Shown here: positions 1-9,728 of the stretch, in pieces
Layout: each line of letters opens with the position of its first letter
Numbering within the stretch: the first letter of the stretch is position 1
Source of the DNA: an uncultured delta proteobacterium
Lineage (GTDB): Bacteria > Desulfobacterota > Binatia > UBA9968
Reading direction: 5' to 3'
Length of the DNA stretch: 64,000 bases
Assembly: GCA_963804165.1 (NCBI GenBank)
Contig: CAWDPO010000002.1
Coordinates: 64,001-128,000 of the forward strand
Notes under the pieces: generated by a model
What the model saw: the letters and a program-made list of their open reading frames with translations, nothing else
The model's database searches: none
What the model was told of the DNA's origin: nothing
Made by a program: the position numbers and the translations under genes

Positions 1-1229
1 ACCGGATGACACTTGGTCGTCATCGCGTGCAGCACCTCATCCATATTCGTCGGATCGACATCGGACTCGACGATAACCATGTAATAGACAAACAGCCCTG
101 GTTTAGTCGCCCACACGGCATGCGCGACTCGGCGCGCAAAATTGACGAATGGCACCTCGGTCGACACCACGCACATGTGGCCGACGCCGAACGGCGGGCA
201 GAACACTCCCTTAACCGGCAAACCAAGTTTTTTGAGTTCGGCGTAGATTTCAGCTCCCTTGATCAGAGCAGTTGCGGTTTGCCCCTCGTGGATCGGCATG
301 CCCATATTGGAGAAGGGTAGGATCGGATTGTTGCGATAGGTGATCGCTTTAATCTTCAAAATCGGCTTGGGCGACGACTTTCCGGCCTCGTAGCCCATGT
401 ATTCGCCGAACGGCCCTTCGACTTTGCGTTCATGCGGCAGCACCTCCCCTTCGATGACGATTTCAGCACACGCCGGAACTTCAAGGTCCAAGGTCTCACA
501 CTTGACTAAGGGGATCGGCGAACCTTGAAGTGCACCTGCGACATCAACTTCATTTACATACGGCGGCAACATCACACAACTGACCAGCGGAATGACGGGC
601 TGCCCGCCGATCGCCACGGCAACGGGCATGGGTTTATTCATCGCTTCATATCTTTGGTACATTTGGCCGATATGCTGCTGCATTGGGAATAAGCAGCCCA
701 GCGTGTTTCGGTCGTGAACCATCAAACGATACATGCCCCAGTTAACCCATGAGCTATCGGGATCTTTGGTGACTACGGTATGCCAGGTTCCAATATAACG
801 GCCGCCGTCCCCTCCATGGATCAGCGGGATCGGAAATTTCAGCACATCCACGGCATCGCCCAAATCGATATTCTCTTTGCACGGTCCGGTCTTAACCACC
901 ACAGGAGGGATCAGTTTTTCCTTGCGTTTCAAATAGGTCGACATGATGTCCTTTGCAGACGACGCTGGCGACATGTGCATTGCGAGAGCGGTTCGCGCAA
1001 ATAAACCGTGGCCGGGAAATTTACTAGCTCCAAGTGGAGCGCCCAGCGCACGAAAGCCACTGGCGTAGCCCTTGACGTTTTCAAACAACGCAGCCGGAGC
1101 TCCAAGGTCATAAACGCGCCGTGTTATGGCGCCCATCTCTAGATTCCAGTCGACCTGGGCTTCAATCCGTTGGACCTCATGGTACTCTTCGAGCACATCG
1201 AGGAAATCCCTCAGATCGTCGATTTGCAT
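1..1229 (-). CDS. UbiD family prFMN-dependent (de)carboxylase, 3' end truncated by window edge; absent from ORF track
   Basis: Manual translation from ATG at 1229 (RBS AAGGAG upstream): MQIDDLRDFLDVLEEYHEVQRIEAQVDWNLEMGAI...DGGRYIGTWH...NWGMYR...EGPFGEYMGY..., open to position 1. Confidence 0.92.
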   Translation of the reverse strand, partial: MQIDDLRDFLDVLEEYHEVQRIEAQVDWNLEMGAITRRVYDLGAPAALFENVKGYASGFRALGAPLGASKFPGHGLFARTALAMHMSPASSAKDIMSTYLKRKEKLIPPVVVKTGPCKENIDLGDAVDVLKFPIPLIHGGDGGRYIGTWHTVVTKDPDSSWVNWGMYRLMVHDRNTLGCLFPMQQHIGQMYQRYEAMNKPMPVAVAIGGQPVIPLVSCVMLPPYVNEVDVAGALQGSPIPLVKCETLDLEVPACAEIVIEGEVLPHERKVEGPFGEYMGYEAGKSSPKPILKIKAITYRNNPILPFSNMGMPIHEGQTATALIKGAEIYAELKKLGLPVKGVFCPPFGVGHMCVVSTEVPFVNFARRVAHAVWATKPGLFVYYMVIVESDVDPTNMDEVLHAMTTKCHP

Positions 1230-1439
1230 GGTAACTCCTTGTTTTACCGGGATTAAAATCTGGACTAGAGCTTTTGAAACTTAGCTCTGATCGTTTACAA
1301 TTTAACGAATTTATACCAACTAAGTGCCTGAAGGCAAAACAATTACGGAATTTTGGCGCAAGACCGGACGGGTGAAAAGATGTGGACAAGTTTTAAATAG
1401 TGATTTATATTCAGAGATTATAAAGAAAGGGGGAAACCC

Positions 1440-1856
1440 ATGGCAGAAACTAACAGACCAACAGGCTTGCCGGCAGATCTCGGCGCTTATCTCGGACCCG
1501 GCACAAAAATCAACGGCAAATTACACTTCGACGGCCAGGCGACCATCGATGGCGAAGTTGAAGGTGAGATTGTCGCGCAAGCTCATGTGACGGTGGGACA
1601 GCAGGCAACCGTGAAAGGAAAAATTTCCGCTGCTTCGATCTTGGTTCAGGGCAAAGTGATGGCGGATGTTCACGCCGACAAGAAACTTGAGGTTCAACCC
1701 CCGGGTTCGGTCGTCGGCGACGTCACCACACAAAGCCTCGTGATCGGTGATGGTGCGATCCTTGAGGGTCATGTGTCGATGAAGAAGAGCGAAGGACGCG
1801 TATTGCCTATCCGTCAAGATATCAAACAAGAGATCAAAAAAGAAATTGCGTCCTGA
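1440..1856 (+). CDS. Bactofilin / polymer-forming cytoskeletal protein (CcmA family)
   Basis: Beta-helix repeats LGPGTKINGKLHFDGQATIDGEVEGEI...IGDGAILEGHVSM; GGGGGA RBS. Confidence 0.9.
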   Translation: MAETNRPTGLPADLGAYLGPGTKINGKLHFDGQATIDGEVEGEIVAQAHVTVGQQATVKGKISAASILVQGKVMADVHADKKLEVQPPGSVVGDVTTQSLVIGDGAILEGHVSMKKSEGRVLPIRQDIKQEIKKEIAS

Positions 1857-1861
1857 GCGTC

Positions 1862-3628
1862 TCAGTCGACGAATAAGGGAACAATCCTTCGCTTCTTGAC
1901 GTCGATCAAGCCGCGCGCTGTAATCCGCAGTGCGGGCAAAGTTACGAACGGTAAAAAACTCAATGCGAAAATGGGCTTGTCGAAAGACGAGCCCATTTTT
2001 TTTAGCCGCTGTTGGATGCTTCTGAGATTGCGTCCGACCTCCTGCCACGGCAGTAATGAGAAAACTCCGCCGCATGGAAAATCGATCTGTTCCAAGACCG
2101 TGCCATCATTGACGACAGCCATGCCGCCACCAGCTCGAATCAGCGTGTCGGCGCAACGCGCCATATCATCGTCATCACTGCCGACAATCATGAGCGTATT
2201 TTCATCCAAATTCGTCGTCAAACCGACTGCCCCCACTTTGGCGCCGAATCCCTTGAGAAAGCCAAACGCGACTTTCGCCGATCCGTGGTGCCGATCAAAC
2301 ATCGCTACTTTGAGCACATCGTCGTCGAGATTTGTTTCGATCGAACCGGAGGCGCCGTTGAATTCCATTATTTTCTCGGCGGTGATGGTCTGGTTCACCA
2401 GTTCCATCACGCGAACTTTCGCGGTAGCGGAAGGAGCCACGATGCGAAAAGTTTCGGCAGAAATCGGTAGGCGAATCCGCAGCGAGTGCATCATTTCATC
2501 CGGCAACGTTATTGCGCCGCTTTCTACCTCCGATACGCCGTTTTGCGCCACGATTTTGCCACCAACTAGTACCTCTCGCACGTGACAGCGGTCGAGATCG
2601 TCAAGAAGCGCAACATCCGCGCAGCGACCGGGAGCAATGCCGCCGATTTCCTGCTCCAGGCCGGAATACGTAGCCGGATTTATCGTCACGGCTTGAATTG
2701 CCTGCAGCGGCGTAAGCCCCAAAGAAATAGCGCGTCGCACGACGTGATCCATGTGCCCGCGCTCTTCGACATCATCCGGAGACATGCTGTCAGTGACTAG
2801 GATTAAACGTTGAAGGGTCACGCCCGTCGAGATCAGCGGCGGCAGCGTCGATGCCAAGTCTTGTCGCAACGAGCCCTCGCGCAACATCGTCCAGTAACCG
2901 AGCCGCAAACGCTCCAACGCATCCTCGAAACGGATCGGCTCGTGACAAGACGACACTCCAGCCGCCGCGACTGCGCACAGCTTTTGATCCCGCGCGCCGG
3001 CGGTGTGGCCGTGAACGATTTGTCCGTTCCGGTGCGCCAACGCCAACCGATCGAGAATCTCTTCATCGCACTGGGTGAGCCGCAACCACGACACGATCTC
3101 CCCCATTCCCAGCACCCTCGGATGGCCAAGCGCATCGGCAATTTCAGCATCGGTAAACGTCGCACAATCGCACAAGAGCGGATCCTGGGGCGCGGCCATT
3201 GAAACTAGAGTGTAAACACGCAGCGGATGCCGCTCGACTTCGTCCAGGAATAACTTGAGCCCACGGTAGCCGAATACCGTCGACAGTTCGTCGCAGGAGG
3301 CAACGACTGCCGTCGTTCCGTGCGGTAGGAATGACTGGAGGTTTTCAAACGGACGAGCATAGTGGCCGATATGTGTGTGCCCATCGATGAAGCCCGGAGA
3401 AATGAAGCATCCGGCAGCATCGAGGATTTCTGTAGCGTTGCCGCGAGTATGCTTTGCGCTCGCGCCGACGTAACAAATCCGTCCGTCGAGAATCGCGATT
3501 TCAATCCCATCCAGAACTTCTCCCGAATAGACATTGATCAATTTACCGCCGGTAATAATGAGATCGGCTTTTAGATCCCCCATCGCGCCGCGAATCAGTC
3601 TTTCGATCTCCGCTTTACCGCGAGTCAT
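1862..3628 (-). CDS. Adenine deaminase family amidohydrolase (divergent)
   Basis: 588 aa; ADLIITGGKLINVYSGE, PGFIDGHTH, HE and TD motifs, GGIAPGRCAD, AdeC-type C-terminal LPALRITARGLIDV. Confidence 0.85.
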   Translation of the reverse strand: MTRGKAEIERLIRGAMGDLKADLIITGGKLINVYSGEVLDGIEIAILDGRICYVGASAKHTRGNATEILDAAGCFISPGFIDGHTHIGHYARPFENLQSFLPHGTTAVVASCDELSTVFGYRGLKLFLDEVERHPLRVYTLVSMAAPQDPLLCDCATFTDAEIADALGHPRVLGMGEIVSWLRLTQCDEEILDRLALAHRNGQIVHGHTAGARDQKLCAVAAAGVSSCHEPIRFEDALERLRLGYWTMLREGSLRQDLASTLPPLISTGVTLQRLILVTDSMSPDDVEERGHMDHVVRRAISLGLTPLQAIQAVTINPATYSGLEQEIGGIAPGRCADVALLDDLDRCHVREVLVGGKIVAQNGVSEVESGAITLPDEMMHSLRIRLPISAETFRIVAPSATAKVRVMELVNQTITAEKIMEFNGASGSIETNLDDDVLKVAMFDRHHGSAKVAFGFLKGFGAKVGAVGLTTNLDENTLMIVGSDDDDMARCADTLIRAGGGMAVVNDGTVLEQIDFPCGGVFSLLPWQEVGRNLRSIQQRLKKMGSSFDKPIFALSFLPFVTLPALRITARGLIDVKKRRIVPLFVD

Positions 3629-3782
3629 GGCCGGTATGTTACATGAAGGCCGCAGCGTTACCAGAGTTGCACCACGCGTCGCGCATGAAAAATCCGCAAC
3701 CGTCCGCCGCTAGCTCTGGAAAACTAGCAACCAGGCACTCCGACAGGTATATTGGCGGGCATAACCAACTCCGGACTCTTGG

Positions 3783-4262
3783 ATGACACGCAGAATCTTT
3801 CTTGTTTTGTCGGTAATCGTCGCTTTGACGATTTGCGATCAGGCCACCAAGTTGCTGGCGAAGCGTCACTTGACGCCGGGTGGAATGATATCCTTCGCGG
3901 CAGACACGCTGCGCCTGCAATACGCTGAAAACACCGGGGCTTTTTTAAGCCTCGGATCAACGCTCCCCGAACCGTGGCGCCACCTAGTGTTTACCGTTCT
4001 GGTCGCGCTATTCCTTCTGGCGTTGCTATTTTATATGCTCTTCGGCCGTGCACTGCCGACAAACCACGCTCTCGTTCTATCGCTGATATGCGCCGGCGGC
4101 ATGAGCAATCTTATCGACCGGATCGCCTATGACGGCCGCGTCGTCGATTTCCTCAACGTTGGGATCGGCCCCTTGCGCACAGGCATATTCAATGTCGCCG
4201 ACATGGCAATCACGGCGGGCGCAATCTTGCTAGCGCGCAATACCCTTAAGCGGGCAGAATGA
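3783..4262 (+). CDS. lspA: Lipoprotein signal peptidase II
   Basis: DQATK, NTGAFLS, GGMSNLIDR, VVDFL, FNVAD motifs; hydrophobic helices. Confidence 0.93.
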   Translation: MTRRIFLVLSVIVALTICDQATKLLAKRHLTPGGMISFAADTLRLQYAENTGAFLSLGSTLPEPWRHLVFTVLVALFLLALLFYMLFGRALPTNHALVLSLICAGGMSNLIDRIAYDGRVVDFLNVGIGPLRTGIFNVADMAITAGAILLARNTLKRAE

Positions 4263-4352
4263 ATCACGAACCAAGAGCTGGTCGAATTCTGTGAAGCAAG
4301 GTTAACGGCCCAAAACAAGCGACGTTACGTAATTACGCCGCGGAGGAGTTGA

Positions 4353-4585
4353 ATGGCATGGAGCCACTTACGCGTCGCGGCCTATTGGAAATCATTTGCG
4401 CCGTGTGCCTGAAGTAAACCGAGGGCTTTGCGAAACTTTGGCCTAGCGTGATGACGGGCGTCGGCATGACCGCGAGCGTGTATTGTTTGTCTCAAGCGCT
4501 TAAAGCTATACCGGTTGGAACGGGATGCGCTGTCTGGAAGGGAATCGGCGTCGGCATCATCGGGCTTAAGCTGACTTCAGCGTAG
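4353..4585 (+). pseudogene. Decayed SMR-family exporter (SugE/Gdx-like)
   Basis: GGAGGAG RBS then MAWSHLRV/[frameshift]GLLEIICAVCLK*TEGFAKLWPSV...ALKAIPVGTGCAVWKGIG/VGIIGLKLTSA*; 1-nt frameshift, internal TAA, and the segment between TM3 and TM4 missing. Confidence 0.8.
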
Positions 4586-4711
4586 CCTGACTTTTCCGGT
4601 GCCATCGCTGCATCTTGTTCGACGACGCCGAAGGCGGTATGAAACGGCACAGCTGTATTGGCAAGGTTACGGTAGTTCTCTGACTAGAATTCAGCCAAGG
4701 AGAAATTTGTT

Positions 4712-5128
4712 ATGCCCAAAGAAGACGAAAACGTCGCTATTCTCAAAGCAGCCTACCGACACTGGCACGACACCAAAGGCAAGAGTGTCGACCATTGGCT
4801 CGACAACATGGCTGATGACGTAACATTCCGCTCCCTGGCAGAAGGCGCCAAAGCCATGGAATTCACCCGCACGTCGACCTGCAAGGACGAGGTCCGACAC
4901 TACTTCGCTGGGCTCAATGCCGACTGGGAAATGATCTATTATCGCATCGATGAATACATCGCCCAGGGCGATCGGGTCGCCGCGCTCGGTCGCTGTTCTT
5001 TCAAACACAAAAAGACTGGCAAGATTCTCACAACTCCGAAGGCTGACTTCCACAAATTCCGCGAGGGCAAGATTTGCGATTTCTTCGAGTTGTACGATAC
5101 GGCACAGGCGATAGAGACGGCGTCGTGA
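4712..5128 (+). CDS. SnoaL-like / NTF2-family (ketosteroid isomerase-like) protein
   Basis: ENVAILKAAY, ADDVTF, YIAQGDRVAALG, FREGKI..F.E.YDT pattern; AAGGAG RBS. Confidence 0.8.
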   Translation: MPKEDENVAILKAAYRHWHDTKGKSVDHWLDNMADDVTFRSLAEGAKAMEFTRTSTCKDEVRHYFAGLNADWEMIYYRIDEYIAQGDRVAALGRCSFKHKKTGKILTTPKADFHKFREGKICDFFELYDTAQAIETAS

Positions 5129-5199
5129 AAATGTCAGTGGAAAAGGGTTCGGCGCAAAGCGCGGCGATTCACTTTTCGCGATAACGTTCCCAAAATATC

Positions 5200-5230
5200 T
5201 TAGGATGGGTTGAGCGGAGCGATGCCCAGA
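5200..5230 (+). repeat. Degenerate REP-like palindrome (GTAG-type)
   Basis: TTAGGATGGGTTGAGCGGAGCGATGCCCAGA resembles the GTAGGATGGGTAGAGCGNAGCGAAACCCATC REP type; TGGG...CCCA stem; single copy in window. Confidence 0.45.
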
Positions 5231-5289
5231 AGTAGTTTGATCCCGGCAATAGTTTCACCGCCGGACGAAAGCCGACGCACACGGTGAAA

Positions 5290-5319
5290 TTGACATTTCT
5301 ATCGCGCACCACATAGGTT
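5290..5319 (+). promoter_or_regulatory. Putative sigma70 promoter for the amidohydrolase-selenoprotein pair
   Basis: Perfect TTGACA at 5290-5295, 18-nt spacer, TAGGTT at 5314-5319, 22 nt before ATG 5342. Confidence 0.5.
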
Positions 5320-5341
5320 CTACCTCTGAAGGGAAACGACT

Positions 5342-6259
5342 ATGATTATCGACTGTCACGCACATTTAGTTCCGCAAAGTTGGCATCATCCGAAGTCGCC
5401 GAAGTCGATTTTTGATCTCGACGGCTTGTTCAAACAGCAAGACGAAGCCGGTGTCGATATTACGGTCTTCGGCAACAACTGGATTCGCTCTCCGGACGGT
5501 TACGACGCGCTGAAAGTTGTTCAGGAGTTCAACGAACACGCGGCAGAATTGTCGGTGAAGCATCCGAAACGGCTGCTCGGTCTTGCCTGCTCGGTGCCGT
5601 TCGATAACGACAAAATACTCGAAGAAACCGAGCGCGCGATCAGGCAATACAAGCTCAAAGGCGTCATGATCAACTCCAGCGTCGACGGCGAGTATCTCGA
5701 CTCACCGCGGGCAACGCCGTTCTTCGAGCTGGTGAGCGATCTTGATGTGCCGATTTTTGTCCATCCACCGAAGTTCACCATCGGCAACGAAAAGATGGAG
5801 ATATTCCGTTTACCGGAGATGCTCGGGCGGCCGTTCGATACGACACTTTCGCTCACGCGGTTCATATTCACCGGCGGCTTGGAAAAATTTCCCAAGCTCA
5901 AGTTGATATGCGCGCACGTCGGCGGCGCGCTGCCGATGTTGCCCGGCCGCTACGGTTTCGGCTACGAGCTTCGAAAAGACATGAGCTTCGGCCCGTGGGA
6001 GCCCGACGTCATGACCCGTCCGCCGGCCAGTTACATCGCGCAACTCTATCTCGACACGGTTTCGCTCCATCCGCCGGCCGTGCAATGCGCCGTCGACACC
6101 GTCGGCGTCGACCACGTGGTTTATGGCAGCGACTTTCCCCCTGTGCCGATACCGCTGAAACGCTCCGTCGATGTGGTTCTTCAATTGAAATTGCCGGACG
6201 AAGACAAACAGAAGATCCTGGGCGGCACCGCGGCCAAGTTACTCGGCTTGGCGGACTGA
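5342..6259 (+). CDS. Amidohydrolase_2 family metal-dependent hydrolase/decarboxylase (ACMSD-like)
   Basis: IDCHAH, PIFVHP, AHVGG, YGSDFP motifs. Confidence 0.9.
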   Translation: MIIDCHAHLVPQSWHHPKSPKSIFDLDGLFKQQDEAGVDITVFGNNWIRSPDGYDALKVVQEFNEHAAELSVKHPKRLLGLACSVPFDNDKILEETERAIRQYKLKGVMINSSVDGEYLDSPRATPFFELVSDLDVPIFVHPPKFTIGNEKMEIFRLPEMLGRPFDTTLSLTRFIFTGGLEKFPKLKLICAHVGGALPMLPGRYGFGYELRKDMSFGPWEPDVMTRPPASYIAQLYLDTVSLHPPAVQCAVDTVGVDHVVYGSDFPPVPIPLKRSVDVVLQLKLPDEDKQKILGGTAAKLLGLAD

Positions 6260-6283
6260 CGAATCTGACGAGGTCTATACCCA

Positions 6284-6775
6284 ATGGCCAAACAACTGAA
6301 TCCCGGTGACGCGTTTCCGAATTACACGGTCCCGATCACAGACGGCCGGACACTGAACATACCCGGCGACCTATACGGCGAATACGCTGTGATCATTTTC
6401 TATCGCGGTATCTGGTGACCCTACTGTGTTCGGCAGGTGGCCGACTTCCAAGGTCACATCGATGAATTTAGGAACGAAAACACCGATGTGATCGCTCTAT
6501 CCGTCGATCCATTGGATAAAGCCAAAGAAATGGTAGAGCGCACCGGGGCGACATTTCCAATCGGATACGGGTTAAGAGTTCCCGAAGACGCGGACAAAGT
6601 CGGAGCGTACTGGGAAGAGCGCCGTGGCATCATTCACGCGACCAATTTCACTCTTGGGTCGAACGGCAAAGTTCTCCAGGCGTGCTTCGCTACAGGCCCG
6701 ATTGGCCGGATCGTCGCAGTCGATGCCTTAAGCTCGATCAGGGGAGCGAAGAAAAGAAAGACTCAGGCCGGATAA
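6284..6775 (+). CDS. Selenocysteine-containing peroxiredoxin-like (AhpC/TSA, Prx-like 2/redoxin) protein, 163 aa, Sec at codon 45
   Basis: ATG 6284 (GAGG RBS) reads MAKQLNPGDAFPNYTV...IIFYRGIW-TGA-PYCVRQVADFQ..., continuing in frame into ORF 6437-6775; TGA occupies the first Cys position of the FYRGxWCPxC motif; SECIS-like hairpin follows. Confidence 0.88.
6415..6457 (+). promoter_or_regulatory. Bacterial SECIS element (putative)
   Basis: Upper stem UCGGC-[AGGUG]-GCCGA (6430-6444) starts 11 nt after UGA; G6428-C6445 pair with bulged U6429; lower stem GUGACC/GGUCAC (6415-6420/6452-6457). Confidence 0.75.
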
Positions 6776-6791
6776 ACTCACCGGCAGCATG

Positions 6792-6869
6792 CTCTTGTCA
6801 TGCCGAGGGTGGCCGAAGCATCTTGATCGCATGCGCGATTCCTCGCGGTCATTCGGAATGAGATAAGAG
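6792..6869. repeat. Imperfect long inverted repeat (GTCAT.CCGA...TCGGAATGA extragenic palindrome), possible terminator between convergent genes
   Basis: CTCTTGTCATGCCGA...TCGGAATGAGATAAGAG arms. Confidence 0.5.
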
Positions 6870-6945
6870 TTTTGCCAGCAAATTTTCTGTGATCTCCAAC
6901 CCGGTCAGATGAGGTTTTCCATTAGCAAGATTCATCCGTTCAGTT

Positions 6946-7992
<1,047 letters not shown>

Positions 7993-8053
7993 GATTTTAA
8001 GATGTCATTCCACGAAGCAAATGCGACGAGAAAATCTTTCCGACTATCCGACC

Positions 8054-8082
8054 TTGAACTTTTGAACCTTGAACTTTGAACT
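8054..8082. repeat. Tandem heptamer TTGAAC(C/T) x4
   Basis: TTGAACT-T-TTGAACC-TTGAACT-TTGAACT immediately after the stop of the 8085 gene. Confidence 0.8.
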
Positions 8083-8084
8083 CT

Positions 8085-8837
8085 CTATTCGAGCCGCTCT
8101 TCAATCTCGCGAATCGTCGCGCTGGAAAGCGCCGGTCGCACGAACGCATTATAGATGCAATCGTTCTGTAGCCACATGATATCGGCGCGTTGCCTGACCG
8201 CCTCGCGCATTTCGTGTTGGAGTTTCTCTCCCATGCAATGCTGCTTGATGACGTCGATCACCATATTGCCGTGCCCCTCGTCGTGATACTCGTGGGCGCG
8301 AAAAAAATCCAAGCAGCCCGTCGGAATCCAGGTGTAATATTTTTCGATCGCCTCCCTCTCCTCTTTCATGCGCTTCGGCCCGCCCCCTTCGAAAACCAAC
8401 CCCGTGCCGATCGCCACCGCCCAGTGACTTTGCTGCACGAGGGAAACATACATCTCCAGCGCGGCGCGAATGCCGGGCAGCGGCTCGTAATTTAGAATAT
8501 CGTCGCGCGCGATCCCAATACCTTCGGCAAATTGCACCCACAGATCCCGATGACTCGGATACTTGCCGCCGAAAAGATCCTCGCCCTCTTCCTCCACCAT
8601 GTTTTCCAAGAGCATCCGCCGCAGCTCCGGCACAGGACACTTTTGATAACGAATCCCGAAGAAACGGTGAATGTTGCGGAATTCGTGAAACTGATTTCTC
8701 GCCCACCATCTGAGTTGTTCTTGGGATAGCCTGCCGCTCAAGAGCAGTTGACGGATCGGATGGGGTCGGGGGTGGCGTTGCTGCAAGGTCTGTTGCAAAT
8801 CATCAATCAGCTCTTCCGGTCCAAACAAACCAGCCAT
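8085..8837 (-). CDS. TenA/PqqC/CADD-like heme-oxygenase-fold diiron redox protein
   Basis: Start MAGLFG at 8837 with GGAGGT RBS; EEE...SH.DLW, E, and FRAHEYHDEGH metal-ligand pattern. Confidence 0.8.
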   Translation of the reverse strand: MAGLFGPEELIDDLQQTLQQRHPRPHPIRQLLLSGRLSQEQLRWWARNQFHEFRNIHRFFGIRYQKCPVPELRRMLLENMVEEEGEDLFGGKYPSHRDLWVQFAEGIGIARDDILNYEPLPGIRAALEMYVSLVQQSHWAVAIGTGLVFEGGGPKRMKEEREAIEKYYTWIPTGCLDFFRAHEYHDEGHGNMVIDVIKQHCMGEKLQHEMREAVRQRADIMWLQNDCIYNAFVRPALSSATIREIEERLE

Positions 8838-8960
8838 AAAACCTCCGGCAAAGCGCGCCGCCGCGCCAATTTTTTCTGGCCGCATCATAACCAAGTTCCC
8901 CCTGCTTCGCCAGCTAGACTTCATATTGTCTTTTTGACCGGCCTCTACTAGCATAGCTCC

Positions 8961-9719
8961 ATGGTTCCGCTCTCGCTACGCAAGCTCACAAAGAGATTCG
9001 GCGCCGTAACCGCCGTCGATCAAGCGAATCTGGATGTCAATGCCGGTGAATTTCTTGTTATCGTCGGTGAGAGCGGATGCGGCAAAACCACGACCCTGCG
9101 ACTCATCGCCGGGCTCGAACAACCCGACAGCGGCGCGATCTTTATCAACGGCGCGCCGGTGAACGACGTGCCGGTTGGCCAACGTGCCGTGCAGATGATT
9201 TTCCAAAATTTTGCTCTCTGGCCACATATGAAAGTCTTCGACGAGTCCCGCTATTCGAATCTTTCGCTGCCGCTCAGAGTAAGAAAATGGTCAAGCGATA
9301 AGATCAGCGAGTTTCTCCGTCCGCTCGCATGGAAAATCGGTATAGAAGAGAGTTTTTTCAACCGCAAACCAACCGAGTTGTCGGGCGGGCAGCAGCAGCG
9401 GGTCGCGTTGGGTCGAGCGATGGTGACCTCGCCGAGAGTGATGTTGATGGATGAGCCGCTCAGCAACATCGATCCTCCTAACCGTTTGAAGATGCGTCAG
9501 GAGATACTGACATTTCACAAGGAAAACCGGCTCACCACTTTGTATGTAACACACAATTTAGCGGACGGCATGGCGCTTGCCGACCGGATCGCTGTCATGC
9601 ACGAGGGCAGATTCGAACAGTCCGACACGCCGGAACACTTGCTGCGGCATCCGGCTACCCCATACGTCGCCGATTTCTTTAAGGCCGAGCAGTTCAGCCA
9701 CAGGATCAGCGCGCCCTAG
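8961..9719 (+). CDS. ABC transporter ATP-binding protein (MalK/PotA-like, no TOBE tail)
   Basis: GESGCGKTT Walker A, LSGGQQQR signature, MDEP, YVTHN. Confidence 0.92.
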   Translation: MVPLSLRKLTKRFGAVTAVDQANLDVNAGEFLVIVGESGCGKTTTLRLIAGLEQPDSGAIFINGAPVNDVPVGQRAVQMIFQNFALWPHMKVFDESRYSNLSLPLRVRKWSSDKISEFLRPLAWKIGIEESFFNRKPTELSGGQQQRVALGRAMVTSPRVMLMDEPLSNIDPPNRLKMRQEILTFHKENRLTTLYVTHNLADGMALADRIAVMHEGRFEQSDTPEHLLRHPATPYVADFFKAEQFSHRISAP

Positions 9720-9728
9720 AGACTTGCG

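Noticed and set aside
1381-1389. DnaA-box-like TGTGGACAA in an AT-rich spacer
   Set aside because: Single mismatched copy, no cluster and no oriC-associated genes
4290-4345. Guanidine riboswitch upstream of the Gdx-like pseudogene
   Set aside because: ACG-containing segments and a hairpin next to the RBS exist, but no two clean ACGR-capped stems or ykkC-I/III consensus
5253-5290. Guanidine-III-like CCGGACGA motif
   Set aside because: The rest of the motif is absent, and it lies upstream of the predicted promoter
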